Assembly: GCF_006345805.1 (NCBI RefSeq)
Contig: NC_042997.1
Location: 187,860,001 to 187,924,000 of the forward strand
Length of the DNA: 64,000 bases
From: Octopus sinensis
Taxonomy: Eukaryota
Reading direction: 5' to 3'
The position numbers were made by a program, and so were the translations under genes. Below are positions 23,847 to 38,329 of this stretch, piece after piece. Positions within the stretch are counted from its first letter, which is position 1. Each line of letters starts with the position of its first letter. The notes beneath the pieces are model-generated. The model was given only the letters and a program-made list of their open reading frames with translations, had not been told where the DNA came from and made no database searches.

Positions 23847-24256
23847 CTTTTACTCTCATTTACTTGTTTCAGTCATTTAACTGTGGCCATGCTGGAGCAC
23901 CGCCTTTAGTCGAGCAAATCAACCCCAGGACTTATTCTTTGTAAGCCTAATACTTATTCTATCAGTCTCTTTTGCCAAACCGCTAAGTTACGGGGATGTA
24001 AACACATCAGCATCAGTTGTCAAGCGATGTTGGGAGGACAAACACAGACACACAAACACATACACACACACACACATATATATATATACATATATATGAC
24101 GGGCTTCTTTCAGTTTCTGTCTACCAAATCCACTCACAAGGCTTTGGCTGGCCCGAGGCTATAGTGGAAGACACTTGCCCAAGGTGCTACACAGTGGGAC
24201 TGAACCCAGAACTATGTTGTTCGTAAGCAAGCTACTTACCACAAAGCCACTCCTGT
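23847..24256 (-). mobile_element. SINE family A, full length
   Basis: Near-consensus reverse copy. Confidence 0.9.
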
Positions 24257-25329
24257 GCCACACTGCTGGAGAAAAAGAAAGAAATGTTACTCAATTTCAT
24301 GAAACATTGTCCGAAAGACTAGTGTACTTTGTTAAGCAATCAAATAACTTTCATAAAATCGGCAAACAGTGAGATATGCACTATGGGCTTATGGAAGTAT
24401 TTTTATTTTTTCTTTCAGTAAATTGCTTTTCCTACATAAGTACAGAAACAAAGGCAGTCTAAATTTTGCCTATTTGTCTCCTTTCTGAAAACAATCTTTT
24501 TTGCCATCAGAAATATCAATAGCTTTCAGTTTAAGGTTGCTGTTGTTACCTAGTACATTACACCTCATTCTTTAAAAGTTTTACTCTAAGTTCAACCCAA
24601 ATTTCATTTTTCTTTTTGTGTACTAACTGTTTACATTAATAATATCACATACAGCAGTGAGCCACTTCTATATTGCTGCTACTATACTGTTGTTCCTCTT
24701 ACTAATCTTCTTAATCTCTGCCATGGTAATATTCATGCATTTTGATTCTACTCATTCTTCTAAATTTTAAACTTTTCTTCAATTCTCTAAAACATTCTAC
24801 AATGAAAATCAGACTGTCAAAATACAAAAGTTCATAGATATCATCTGCCTAACTGCCTCATACATTAGTTTAAATAGTAACAGGCTGAGGACATTTCTCT
24901 AGTGTTATATCCTTTTATCGCACACAACTGAATATTTTTTTAGGTTATAGTAAAAGTTTTTCCATTATACGAAAGTAAATGAGTTTTCCAAAATGATATA
25001 ACATCAAAGAATACTAAATTCTTCATTGAGTTCACAGTGTATCCAGGCCCTGCTGCTAGTACTCAATACACATTCTCATTCCCACTTCATGGAACAGTTA
25101 CAAAAGCTTTCAATATTGTGCCTGTTTTTCACCCAATACATGTCTTAAGTTGCATTAGCAGAAATTTAGTTTCTGTGGTTACACAGCCCCAAACAGTATT
25201 CTATGCAACTTCAAGCTATTGTATATGAGCTTTGTTTGGATTCATTCTATCACTCTCATTATTTTCTGCATTAACTTAAAGATTCTATGTAATTTCACCT
25301 GCTTAACTGCTCCTCTACATTCTTATATA

Positions 25330-26533
25330 CAGGGTGTCCCAAAATTATGTCAACCAACTTTTTTCAACTTTGCTAAAGCAAAATATTGTTATAATTTAGG
25401 TTCAAGCAATGCAATGCAATGGTAAAGGAAACAGAATTATGATTCTATCACATTTATTTGATATGACCGCCTCTGTTTCAAACCACAGCCTTAAGTCTAG
25501 GTGCAAATGCTTCACAGGCAACATGCAACTGCTCTTGCAGAATGAAAACCCATTCTTGGTGTCAAGTGAAGCATAAGGAGTGCTTGAGACCCTTGTCTCC
25601 AAAATGGACCAAACTGAAAAATCAAACAGGTTGAGATTGGGGCTTCTTGAAGGCAGTACATCCTTACCCATGAACGATGGAATGTTTTTCTGAATCCAAT
25701 GTTGTCTGTTAGGAACTGTGGGATGATGTGGAGTTCTGTTGGAGGCTCCAAGGTGCACCTTGAAAGTGTTCACTCACCCATGGGAGCTGTTCAGCTTCCA
25801 GAATGTCGCTAATGTATTGGTGGGTGTTAATTTTAACACCCCAAGGCCACAAAGACAAGGGAGACCTTCCAATGGTTGTCACAGCTGCCCAAACCATAAC
25901 TAACTGTGGATTTTGACATTAATTTACAAATCTACCCTCAATGGATCCAGATGCACTCCAAAGTCGGTCATTCTGGTGGTTTACTGTCTGTTCGATGTCA
26001 AATTTCTTTTCATCAGTGAACACCAGATTGGGCAGCATGCCTTCAGCAATCTGACACAGGATAAGATAACTTCTCTCCAGTCTCATGGCCTTAGAAACTT
26101 GTGTGAGCTCGTGATGGTGGATCATCTTGTAGGAATGGATCCTGAGATCCTCCATCAGCACTCAATACATCAATATTTGGATTATTTTTGCTGTGGCAGC
26201 TAGTTTTCTGACAGAATGACAAGGGCTTCACTGTTCCTTTTCTCTGGTACTTTTGATAAGCTGAGATCACAGTCTCTTGAAATATTTTTTCAATTTTTAA
26301 GACTGTTGTTTGGTTAATTTCAAGCTGTATTACTTTCGCCGCATTTGTGGAGATTTATGATCGTATTTTGGTTTATAGCCATTATCTAATTTATAAATCT
26401 GAATTTATTTAGTCTGAAACAAAAAGAAGATGCACTTAGCTTTTATAACGATGTATAATTTTCATATATTATCACATTAATTGATAATTATTGATGCCCG
26501 AAACTTCGGATGCCTTAATTTTGAGACACTTTG
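25330..26533 (-). mobile_element. Tc1/mariner transposon, DD37D (maT)-like, inactive
   Basis: TIRs CAGGGTGTCCCAAAATTA / TAATTTTGAGACACTTTG with TA TSD; motifs VFTDEKKF, NHQNDR, MVWAAV, QQ(N)S..H and PSRSPNLN..DFSVW. Confidence 0.88.
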
Positions 26534-27396
26534 TATATTATGATGACACCTTTTTGTACAATCTAAATAGTTGAATGGCTGATACACTGACACCAATTGG
26601 CCATAAAGCTTTCAGAATCTCAGTAACTATTTCAGGAAGATCTGCAGCTTCTCCTGTCAACATGTTATTATTTAATTTAGCATCTATAATATAATGGAGA
26701 AAGCTGCTTATTAATTAGGTATGTAACAGTTACTAAAAGAAAGCAATTATTAAAGGCTTGACTGTCTGGAAATTTTTTTATAAATTCATGTTCCAAAAAA
26801 TTTCCTGTAATTTTGATTTCTTAAGTTTATTGTTTTCACAAATTTAAATATTCATTGCATTCACTGCGGAGTAGATTTTAATATTTAATAAACAATATTA
26901 TTCATTTCCAACAGTCTCTCACCTCTATTTTCATTAATGATAATTTATTATATATTCATTTCAATGTTTTCATTTCAAGTTTTAATTCACTATTTGCAAA
27001 ACCCACAGTTTATTCTATACATGTAATGTAAAAAAGTTATTTATTGAATGAATGAATGATATTAGATAAAATAGCTGTATAAATTTGAGGCTTATGATAT
27101 GAGGCACAATTTCAAGAATATTAATTTGGGGACTTTGTTAAATGAACGTTTTTGATAAAATGATAATTTTTTTAATATACCAATATAAACAAAAAAGAAA
27201 AAACTTAAGAAGTGATTTTGTTGGTATGACTGTTTGGAACACTATAAGCCTTACAATAATAACTATGTGATCACTGCTATTTCTAGCACAGTAAATGTAG
27301 TTGGGTTACCTTGAAGTTTGTTTAAATTAGAGATATATTACAACTACGATAAAATACTGAAAGAAATATTTACTAAGCAAGATTTTTTTTTATAAA

Positions 27397-28004
27397 CTAG
27401 TAGTATAGCCCAGCATTGCTCAGGTTTGTTTTTTAGTTGCACTTAAAATGGCAGACTTTGATGTCACATTAACAATGTTCTGTCTTACGTTAATGCAATT
27501 AGTTTTTCTCACAAAAAATCAAAATTGAAATTGCTGAATTGTACTCAATGCTGTAGCAGTTGACCTTAAAAAGTAGTGCATTCACGCAGCGAACATTACT
27601 CCTCTGCATTGGATCAGCTGATCCATCGTTCACTCAAAAACCAATGACAACACAAAAAAATTCTTTTCAACCCTTTAGAATTAGAATTTTTGAAAAGTAA
27701 AAATTTTGCATTATATAGCTTGTTATTCTCTTTAAGTGAACATTTTTCTGGTTGAAATACACCGAAAAATGACAACACAGCAGTCAAAAAATCGTAAAAA
27801 ATAGGAATTTTCATAGAAAAAAAAAGCACCTTTTTGATGTAAATAATTTTTGGTCTTAACATAGTCCAATTTGAATTTCTTCTATGGAATGAAGAGCAAG
27901 CCTTCTTCAATCATACTCTCAATTTTGGTCAACTTGAGATAGTGTTAGTTGAAGGCTACCAAACCTGCCACACACACAGACAACTTCAGCTTTATATATA
28001 CAGA
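27397..28004 (-). mobile_element. non-autonomous Helitron
   Basis: Minus strand starts TCTGTATATATAAAG and ends with hairpin CCTGAGCAATGCTGGG then CTAG; inserted between A and T; no TSD. Confidence 0.8.
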
Positions 28005-29149
28005 TTGAAGTTTTCAGGAAAATTTACTTTCTGAACTTACTTTTATCAACAGTCCTTGTCTTCACAGCCCCATTTCTCTGACTGTGTAGTCACCACATAA
28101 CTGCTACACACACATACAAAATGTATGTTTGTGTGTGTGTTTGCATATATGAATTTATATATGCGTACATTCCTTTGTCTTGAAGTATGAAGCAGAGTTT
28201 ATCCATAACAACAGTTTTGAATTTCTACTATAACATTATATAACACTGGTATTTTCACATGAAGCATAATTTATTTGTTACTTTGCATTCATTCCTTTAT
28301 TATCACATTGCAGAGTTCAATTTCTTAAATATTTTTACAATTGTGAAAAATTAAATATAACCAAGTAATTTCAAGCCTCTTTCTTTTATCATTAAAATAT
28401 TATTTTTAAGCATTCGTTTCATCCTTTTTTTTTTTTTGATCTTTGAAATCTGTATCACTGCCATTTCGATATAATACAAAATTATTTTTGCACATAGTTA
28501 TTAGATTATTTTAAATTCTCACAGTTCTTGTGTAATCTAGATCCTTCTATGTTACTCAGAAGAATTTCTTTGCAATTTCTTTTTCACTATTATCTTTCAA
28601 ATATTTTACATGTTTTCTTACTTTCTAATTTCTTGATATTCACTTTCTTATTTCCAACAGAATTCTCTATAAATTTTTATATACTTATTTCAAAATGCTA
28701 AATCTGAACAATGTTCTAATGTAATTTTTCAAGTAACATTAGCTAGAAAATTAGATCTAAATTCAAAACTTTTCCTTTCATTTTTTTTAAAGTGGCAAGA
28801 AAAATATAGAAAAGAAATCGTTCAAACTAAAGTGTATAGCAAATGCATTGAATCAAAGAAAGGAAAGTTCAAAAGTGATCCAAATTATTCAGTACAGTTA
28901 GCATCTTGCATTAAATTTCCTACAACACAAAACTTAATCAAACTTAGTTGATAGGATTCCTGGTTTGACTAGTGAGGAACGAGTGAGAATAGCAGTCAAA
29001 TGTCCCTCAGATCATATACTATGTTAAAAAAGGAAGAGGCACTTTAGATAATGCAATCCTGAATATCACTGAAAAAAAAAAAAAAAAAAGGTTATGAACT
29101 TTTTTAAATGTGTGGAATGACCAGTTATGATATCAATAAAAGACATAAC

Positions 29150-29562
29150 CATCATATCACCATTTTGCTAAACTGGTGACAAGCTACACCATGGTATGTC
29201 AGTATTCACACAAACACACATACGATAGGTTTTCATACAGTTTCCAGCTACTAAATTCACACAAGTCATTGATCGCCCCAGAACTATAGTAGAAGGTACA
29301 TCCAGATTCTGTGCAGTAAGATGGAAACTGAAACCATGTGATTTGCAGAATAATTTTAACCACTCAGCCATGCCTTTGACAATTGCCATGTAGTATTTAG
29401 TTAAGACCCTTTACATTTTGGATTCAAATGTTGCTGAGACCAGCTCTGTTTGTCTTCCTGCTAAGGTGCATAAAATAAAGTATCTGTCAACTATTAAGGG
29501 TCAATTTAATTGTACCCTACCCCAAATTCCTGGCTTTGTGCATTGTTAGAAATCAATATTTC
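29150..29562. mobile_element. back-to-back decayed SINE A (minus) and SINE B (plus)
   Basis: Diverged family A body at 29150-29390; family B box GGATTCAAAT and tail GGCTTTGTGCATTGTTAGAAATCAATATT. Confidence 0.6.
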
Positions 29563-30234
29563 TAATGTGTCATGTATCCTAACCAGACATTATATTATAG
29601 GAACAGCTATGAATCATATTTTTTACAGTAGTCAACAATCATCTAATTTGATATCGATTCTCTTTCTGCTGTTGTCTGCTATCAGCCATACATACAATTG
29701 ACCACGAAGTGAAATCAAATGAACTATAGGTCTAATTATAGTATAAGCTGCAATGTAATATAAGATGAACTATATTTTTCACTGAAGTGTATAGCTTATG
29801 AGAGTTGTTTGAAAATAGTAAATAATAATTTCACTTCTTAATGGTTGTATGTGCAAATGATTGAGTGTGTGTATAAAATCTCAACATGTAGGTGGAACGT
29901 GTTTATACAACAGAATATGGCCTACATCAACTTAACTGTGAATACTAATATTTTCATAACTAATCTTATATATTTCCACTACAGTTTTTTTTTTTCCATT
30001 TGCCTGCTTCGATGATAAGAACCTTCTAATGTACTTCTTCACCATGCATTTTTCAATGATATAAATCACATATCCATACTACTACAGCTTTCTCTTTGTA
30101 CACATAGCACACAGCTTTCCCATCAGTTAACAATGCACATACAATGGATCATACTGAACTTATCTCCTACACTTATTTTCATTGTCAAACAGTATGTGGC
30201 TTCTTATAGACACCTTACATAACTTACACTTCGC

Positions 30235-32947
30235 ATCATCATCATCATCATCGTTTAACGTCCACTTTCCATGCTAGCATGGGTTGGACGGTTCAGCTGG
30301 GGTCTGGGAAGCCCGAAGGCTGCACCAGGCCAGTCAGATCTGGCAGTGTTTCTACAGCTGGATGCCCTTCCTAACGCCAACCACTCCGTGAGTGTAGTGG
30401 GTGCTTTTTATGTGCCACCGACACAGGTGCCAGACAAGGCTGGCGAACGGCCATGCTCGGATGGTGCTTTTTACGTGCCACCGGCATGGAGGCCAGGCGA
30501 GGCTGGCACGGCCACGATCGGATGGTGTTTGTTACGTGCCATCAGCACGGAGGCCAGTCGATGCGGTGCTGGCTACGGCCACGTTCTGATGATTCTCTTA
30601 TGTGCCACCGGCACTGGTACCACAAACTACAAATTCCGTTGATGTTGATCGATTTCGATTTTGATTTGATTTTTTGATTCTTTGATTTTCGCTTGCATCA
30701 ACAGGTCTTCACAAGTAGAGTTATGTGTCCCAAGAAGGAAGGTATTCACAGGTGGACTGACTATGTCCCAGGTAGGGGCCACGGGTTATGGCCTCACTTG
30801 TCCTGCCGGGTCTTCTCACACACAGCATACTTCCAAAGGTCTCGGTCTCTGGTCATTTCCTCGGTGAGACCTAAAGAGCGACGGTCATGCTTCACCACCT
30901 CGTCCCAGGTTTTCCTGGGTCTATTTCTTCCACAGGTTCCCTCAACCGCTAGGGTGTGGCACTTTTTCACACAACTATCTTCATCCATTCTTACCACATG
31001 TCCATACCAACGTAGACGTCTCTCTTACTTCTTAGGTCCAACTTTTCACTCAAGGCACTTACACTCTGTCGAGTATGAACACTGACATTACACATCCATC
31101 GGAGCATACTAGTTTCATTTCTTGCGAGCTTATGCATAACCTCAGCAGTCACAACCCATGTTTCACTGCCATTTAGCATGGCTGTTTGTACACATGCCTC
31201 ATACAGTCTGCCTTTTACTCTGAGCGAGAGGCCTTTTGTCACCAGCAGAGGTAAGAGCTCTCAGGCTATTCTTACTCTAGCAGTTACACTTTCGGCACAC
31301 CCGCCCCCGCTACTGACTTGATCACCTAGGTAACGGAAACTATCAACTATTTCTAGTTTTTCTCCCTGGAATGTGGCGGAAGATGGTCTCTGCACATTTT
31401 CCTAGTTAGCCTTCCTTTGACATTGCTGCACCTCTTATGTGTCCATAGCTTACACTTGGTGCATCTTATAGAGTTCCTACCTACGCCTTTTCTACAGATC
31501 GAGCAGGACCATCTACCTGAAGGCGTTTGAGATTTATCTACCTTCCTACTTATTAGGACTTTGGTTTTAGCTAGGTTGACTCTAAGGCCCTTCGATTCTA
31601 ATCCTTGCTTCCACACCTGAAACTTCTCCTCCAGTTCTGATAGTGATTCAGCAATTAGAGCAAGGTTATCAGCATAGAGGAGCTCCCAGGGGCATCCTGT
31701 CTTGAATTCCTCCGTTATTGCCTGGAGGACTATGATAAATAGGAGGGGGCTGAGGACTGAGCCTTGGTGGACCCCAACCTCTACCCGGAATTCTTCACTG
31801 TACTCGTTGCCAACCCTCACCTTACTAACAGCGTCCCTGTACATGGCACACACAGCTCTCACTAACCATTCATATATCCCTAATTTCCTCATTGACCACC
31901 AGATAAAGGATCGGGGGACCTTGTCAAAGGCTTTCTTCAAGTCAACGAAAGCCAGGTACAGAGTTTTATCTTTGGCTAGGTATTTCTCCTGCAGCTGTCT
32001 CACCAGAAATATGGCATCGGTGGTGCTTTTCCCTGGCATGAAACCAAACTGCATCTCATCCAGGTTGACTCTCTCCCTAATCAGTTGGGCTATGACCCTT
32101 TCCGTAATCTTCATTACCTGATCCAACAGCTTGATACCTCTGTAATTACTTGTATCTGGGGCGTCACATTTACCTTTGTAGCAGTTGACTATTATTCTAC
32201 TACACCAGTCATTGGGTATGACTCCTTCGTGTATCACCTGGTTAACTATACGGGTGACTAGGCTATAGCCGACACTGCCAGATATTTTGAGCATCTCAGC
32301 AGTAATTCCTGATGAGCCTGGGGCTTTCCCTGTCTTCATGCTTCTAATTGCCTTAACTACCATGGAACTGTCAACTCGGATAGCTGGTCCCTCTATTGGG
32401 TCGACATTCGGCAGACTCTCTTTATCCCATTCATTCTCTTTGTTGAGCAGCCTTTCATAGTGGCATCTCCAAACCTCTCTCTTTGCATCCTCATTTAGTG
32501 CAAGTAAACCATCATCCATGCGAACACATTTCTCTCCTACCACATCACAATTCTCTCTCACACACTGTCTTGCAACATGAAACACTTCAAGTCTTTGGTC
32601 CTCACGGTGCAGAACACTGGCAAATTTTTTCTTATCTGCTTCTTCTCTGGCTAAATATACCTGTATCCTAGCTTCTCTTTTCGCAGTCTGATACAACTCC
32701 CTACTACCGCCATTCCTCCAGTCCTTCCAAGCCTGTCTCTTGTCTCTAATAGCCCTGTCTACAACATTGTTCCACCACCACATTACCCTGGGACGTGATG
32801 GGACTTTGCTCCACAGATCTGGTCAGTGGCTCTCAGCAGATTGTCCTGTAGAAACCTCCAGTTGGCTTCCACATTATGTGATGCTATATCCCCTTCTATT
32901 TCATCGAAAGCTTCGAGTAGGACTTCTCTAAATCTCCGTCCATTGCA
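30235..32947 (-). mobile_element. RTE LINE, 5'-truncated, young
   Basis: 476-aa ORF 31353-32783 with RT motifs QFGF, AFVDLKKAFD, VHQGSVLSP and YADN (catalytic D changed); about 90% similar by eye to 56300-59770; (GAT)n tail. Confidence 0.95.
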
Positions 32948-33049
32948 CTGTTTAATCTTTTCTCTGGTCTCACTAACTTGACTGCCGCCATAGTGGAGCA
33001 TCACCTTTAAGGGTTATATTTCATTATATTGAACCCAGCACTTTGTATA

Positions 33050-34285
33050 CAGAGGTATCAAAATGCTGGACCATGTCAGGAGAGTTACAAAATGGGTCAT
33101 AGCTCAATTAATTAGGAAGAGAGTTAACCTAGGTGATATGCAGTTTTGTTTTGTGCCAAGGAGAAGCACTACATGGTAGAGAAATATGGACTGTGAAAGC
33201 AGAAGCTATGAGAAATCTTGGAATAAATGAAGTCAGCATGCTCTGGCTGGATGTGCAATGTCAGTGCACATGAATAATAAAGTATAAATGTGTTGAGAGA
33301 AAAACTGGATATAAGAGGCATCAGATGTAATGTGCAAGAGGGACGACTGTGCTGACATAGTCATGTGATGCATATGGATGTAGATAGTGACATAAAGAAG
33401 TGCTGATCTCTAAATGGAAGGAACCTATGGGAGAGGAAGACAAGGAACGAAGTAGAGAAAAATGATCTTCAGATGTTGAGCCTCACAGAGGAGACAACAA
33501 AGGACCAAGATGATTGGCAATTTTCTGCCCTTGAGAAGATCTGTCTAGCTAAATAAAGTTAGGCTTGTTTATGTCCATACCTCTGCACACAATCTGTTCC
33601 TGACAAACCTCTCCCCTACAGCCCATCTTCCTAACACTGCTCCTCTCCCTTCACCCATGTTCACCACTCACTATATTTCCCGCCCCTCTATCTCCCATTC
33701 TTCTTCACACCCTTATGAACAATATGTCCCTGTCAAATCTCTTCCCTACAACATATCCTAACACCCCTTCCTACTACCTGTGTCCACTCACTACATTCCC
33801 CCCACTTCTCTTCCATTTCCCACTCTCCTTTCACAATCTTGCGAACTTAACCACCCACTTACCCTATCCAATCCCTGGTTCCACTTCACTAATATACACC
33901 TTCCTGTATGGCTCATATCTTCATTATCTTCTTCTTCCCCCTCCCTTTCTCTCTAGCTGAGGTAACCACATATCTCCTCCACTGCAAGACACCTATTTCT
34001 GTCCCTATATCCATACTCTACCCTTTCATCACCTGGCACAAAGCCACCTCCCACAATACTACTCCTCACTCACTTGCAAGTTACCTGGTAACCTCACTGT
34101 TGCTGGTGCCATTTAGAAAGCACCCAGTATGCCTTGTAAAATGGTTGGTGTTAGGAAGGGCATCCAGTCATAGAAACCATGCCAAGCCAGACAGTAGAGC
34201 TTGGCACAGATTTCTGACTTGCTAGTTCCTGTCAAACCTTCCAACCAATGCCAGCATAGGAGGAGGACATTAAATGATGATGACA
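33050..34285 (+). mobile_element. older RTE LINE with internal deletion and pyrimidine-rich 3' UTR
   Basis: RGIKMLDHV and MQFCFVP joined directly to the C-terminal region; GGTTGGTGTTAGGAAGGGCATCCAG motif and (TGA)n tail. Confidence 0.8.
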
Positions 34286-35564
34286 ATAATACATAAACAT
34301 GACTATGTTCAAATTTGATCTTTATTATTAAAGAATTTTCATATTATTTGTCTTTTATGTTTAGCTTGGAACAATAACATTCCTAAATCCATTAAGCTAA
34401 CATTTCAAGACCTTCACAAACTCATTTTAAAATCAAACAGTTGTAAAGTCATGTAGGCTGCATATTTTGTGGTGAGTTGCAGACACTTGGGAATAGTTTT
34501 AAAACTAATAAAATCCTCAATCCTGGATTTATATTTATAAACAGTACATCCTAGTCGAGTTCATTATATCATGACATAATTCTTTTTACAACTTACTGGA
34601 GAACATGTAGCCTATATATCATTACAATAGTTTATTACAATTAGATTGCGAATGCCTTACCTATGTGGATACAAAGTTTGCTTCATAACCTTGTGGTTTT
34701 AGAATCTATGCTGCTAAATAGTACCTCTTGAATTATAGCAGGCTTAAAAGTAGTAAAATTGATGATATTATATACATATATGTATATCATATACATATAT
34801 GTTATATACTTGTATATATTATTATACTCACACATATACATATATGTACCTGTCATCGGCAAGGGTTTTCAACATTTGATGACTCAAAACAAAAAGTCTT
34901 AAATCTACAACTATGACATATGAACTTCAATATACTAATGAAAATGGTTGCCTCATCTTGATCTGAAGCCAATCATCAAATCAGCTCTAATGCATTTGTC
35001 TGTACTTGCATTGTTTGTCCTCACTGTCTGTTTAGCAAAACTGAAGACATTTCCCCAATATCCACCTGGAGAAGAAAGGAGATCTCTAAAAATTATTATC
35101 CAGGCTGAAGTAATTGAGGCGATTTCATCTTTTCCCTGCCTTAGCAGAATCTAGTCCAACTCCTGCCCCTTAGACAATGAGGTCACTAACTGTCAAAGAG
35201 CAGCCCACAGTCTCTGGACTCCCATAACACCATGTCTGAGAAGCTGAAAACAAAATCATGGCTGTTGTACCCTTTACTGTGGTTGTGGAAGCTGGTGCAC
35301 ACGCACACACACACACATTCATCCATAGACACACATACCCTTAACATAGTTCTCAAGCAGAATCAGTGTGCTATAGTATATGATAAAGCTGTGGATTTAA
35401 ATTACAAGTACAACCCATCCAATGGGCATCTATACAGTTTCAGTTTACCCAGTTTCCCTCACTTAAGGCCATCAAAAAGGGCATTCAATAATACAATTTA
35501 ATTGTAAAATATGAATGAAGGTAGGAATTGAAACGTGCATAGACAACATGAAATTGACTACTAT

Positions 35565-35744
35565 TTTACTCTTTTTTTTTTACTCTTTTACTTGTTTCAG
35601 TCATTTGACTGCGGTCATGCTGGAGCACCGCCTTTTTAGTACTTATTCTATCGGTCTCTTTTGCCGAACCGCTAAGTAACGGGGACATAAGCACACCAGC
35701 ATCGGTTGTCAAGCAATGCTAGGGGGACAAACACAAACACACAC

Positions 35745-35775
<31 letters not shown>

Positions 35776-35880
35776 CGACAGGCTTCTTTCAGTTTCCGTC
35801 TACCAAATCCACTCACAAGGCTTTGGTCAGCCCGGGGCTACAGTAGAAGACACTTGCCCAAGATGCCACGCAGTGGGACA
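35565..35880 (-). mobile_element. SINE family A, 5'-truncated
   Basis: Near-consensus reverse copy. Confidence 0.88.
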
Positions 35881-37729
35881 GATGAAAACATCTATAATGA
35901 CCACTGGAAAAGTGAAAATTTTTTATGGGTTATTATTTTAACGCCCACTATATATTCAAAAGCTTGAGCTCAATGAATCACACAAGACATAGCTTCCTTG
36001 GAAAAATGAGTCCACAAGGACAATTTCTTATGACAAACCTTTTGTTATACCTCCATGGGTATCCATCTGCATGTGAGTCTTCAGTGAGCTTTAAATCCTT
36101 ACCACAATGAAGTTAAATGTGATATATAAGACTGGAAAGTAATTATGCTTTGTGTATTTGCATTTACATACATATGAGTATTTTTAAATAATCATAACCA
36201 AGATACATCGCACAATGTTGTGCCAAAAATCTGTCTTCTGTTAACTTTGAAAGATCTTCAGTTTATGTTGTGTGTGTCTACCAATAAATGCCAATATAGC
36301 TGACTTATCTTCATTTTGTGTTAGGGTGTCAAAATTCTCCAAATTATAACATTTTATAAGGCCTGTTGTTCAGCAGGATAACAGTGGCCAGCAATGTCCA
36401 CCTTGCATTGAGCAATAATAAAGATAGTCGAAACTTGTTCATAAGTCTCATATTTGGTCTTGTGCTTATGCTATGAGATGTTCTGAGCCCTCAAGTGTTG
36501 TTAATAGCCAATTGTCCATGCTAATTAAGAATTTTAATGAAATATTAGGTGGAACTAACTTCAAAAATGACATGTCACACAAGAATCTTTATAGTATGTA
36601 GTGGTAACAGTCCATTATTTTACTTTCATTCCTTAAGTTTCTTTTTATAAGTAAACAGTTTTTGACCTGGAGACCATCTGCACTTGACAGAGTTGAAAAT
36701 TTCTCTTTCATGGGGCTCTGGAAACAAAGAAACACTGAAACATCTTATTTTCAGCAATGCTAGCTTAATATGTTAACTAAATACTTCTAACAATGATGTT
36801 GAGTAAATATCAACCCAAAGCCATGCAGTTACCACGTGATATTCTTAACAACAGTCATGTTTGTGCCTATATTAAATTATATATATATCATATAAATTAT
36901 TAAAACATATATTAGTAGAGTTGTACAAAATGAATCTCATCTGAGTAATATTTTAATTTTCACTTTTACTAGGGTAAACATTTTTATAAATCTATTTTAC
37001 TATCCAGTTTTAAAATAGAAACTTTTAAAATTGGATTTTTAAAAAAACACTTTATGCTCTCCATTTCAAAGTACACAGCCAGTGTTCACTTTTCCACTTT
37101 TGACATTTTTATCAGAAATCTTCTCTGAATTAGGTCTTAAACATAGGAGAGCACTATCCTGCAAGGAAAAAATAGTTTTTAGGTTAGGGGTTGGAGGTTT
37201 CAGGGTTTAAGTTTATTGTTAGGTTTAAGACATGGAGTTAAGAGTATAAAGCTTAGGGTTAAAGCATAGACTTACAGTTAAAGTATATACTTAGGGTTAA
37301 AGTATAGATTTGTATAGACTCAATTTGTGAATTTTTTTAAAACACAATCATAATTTCTAATATATAAAGCATAAAAATCTAAAAATATTTTTTTAAATAA
37401 ATTAAAAATCAAAATGATAAGTGGGGTGCATATCAGGTATATATGTTGTATATATATATTAAAAATATATTGACTGTATTGTCATGGATGGAATAGTATT
37501 GTTATTTCCTTTTACAGTGGTTTATTGAATGCATGTAATATTTTAAAAAGTAAAAGAAATATATAAATCTGTTACAAATAATGTATGATTAGTTTGAATC
37601 AATAACATTCCCAAGTTCATTAGTATTTATTCTCGGTTTCATCTGAATAAGCTTTGTTGCAACTTTTTATATAGTAGTCATCAAGGAAGAGATCATGGAA
37701 ATGGTGTAACTCATAATGAATGAATGAAT

Positions 37730-37749
37730 ATATGTATATATATATATAT

Positions 37750-37783
<34 letters not shown>

Positions 37784-37795
37784 ATATATATATGC
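37730..37795. repeat. (TA)n microsatellite
   Basis: Direct reading. Confidence 0.95.
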
Positions 37796-38329
37796 ATGTA
37801 TCCATGTATGTATAGACATCTCTGAGTGTATATATATATGCATGTATATCATTAAAATGACAATAACACTTTGCTCGTTAGAGAATGGAAACATTTTGTA
37901 AACTGAAAGTAAAATAAATAAATAATAATAGACAGTACAGCTTTTTAGAGTAATCATATTAAATATTTAAATCAGGATATCTCAGACATGTTTTCACAAT
38001 AAAAATTATCGTCAATCAATTACAGCGCTAATGTTTAACACTGCTGTATGTATTCTGCACCAAGAAAACTACTGTTTGTAATGCATATGCAAAAGTAACA
38101 AAACAGTTTTCTCTCATCAGGTACTTATTTTCTGGCCGGTTGTCCAACTGTGATTGTAGTATATGTCTCTTCAGTTTGGCAAGAACAGTTGTATATGACC
38201 AAAATGTATAATATGTTTGTATGCAACATGAATGCATGCATGTGTGTGTGTCCATGCTTAAATAAAATATGACTCTTACACAAAAACTACAGCCTATTTA
38301 TATAGCAGCTGCATAAAAACAAATCTTTC

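Noticed and set aside
37178-37310. Interstitial telomere
   Set aside because: Only scattered degenerate TTAGGG units; similar short CCCTAA runs occur inside the MITE family
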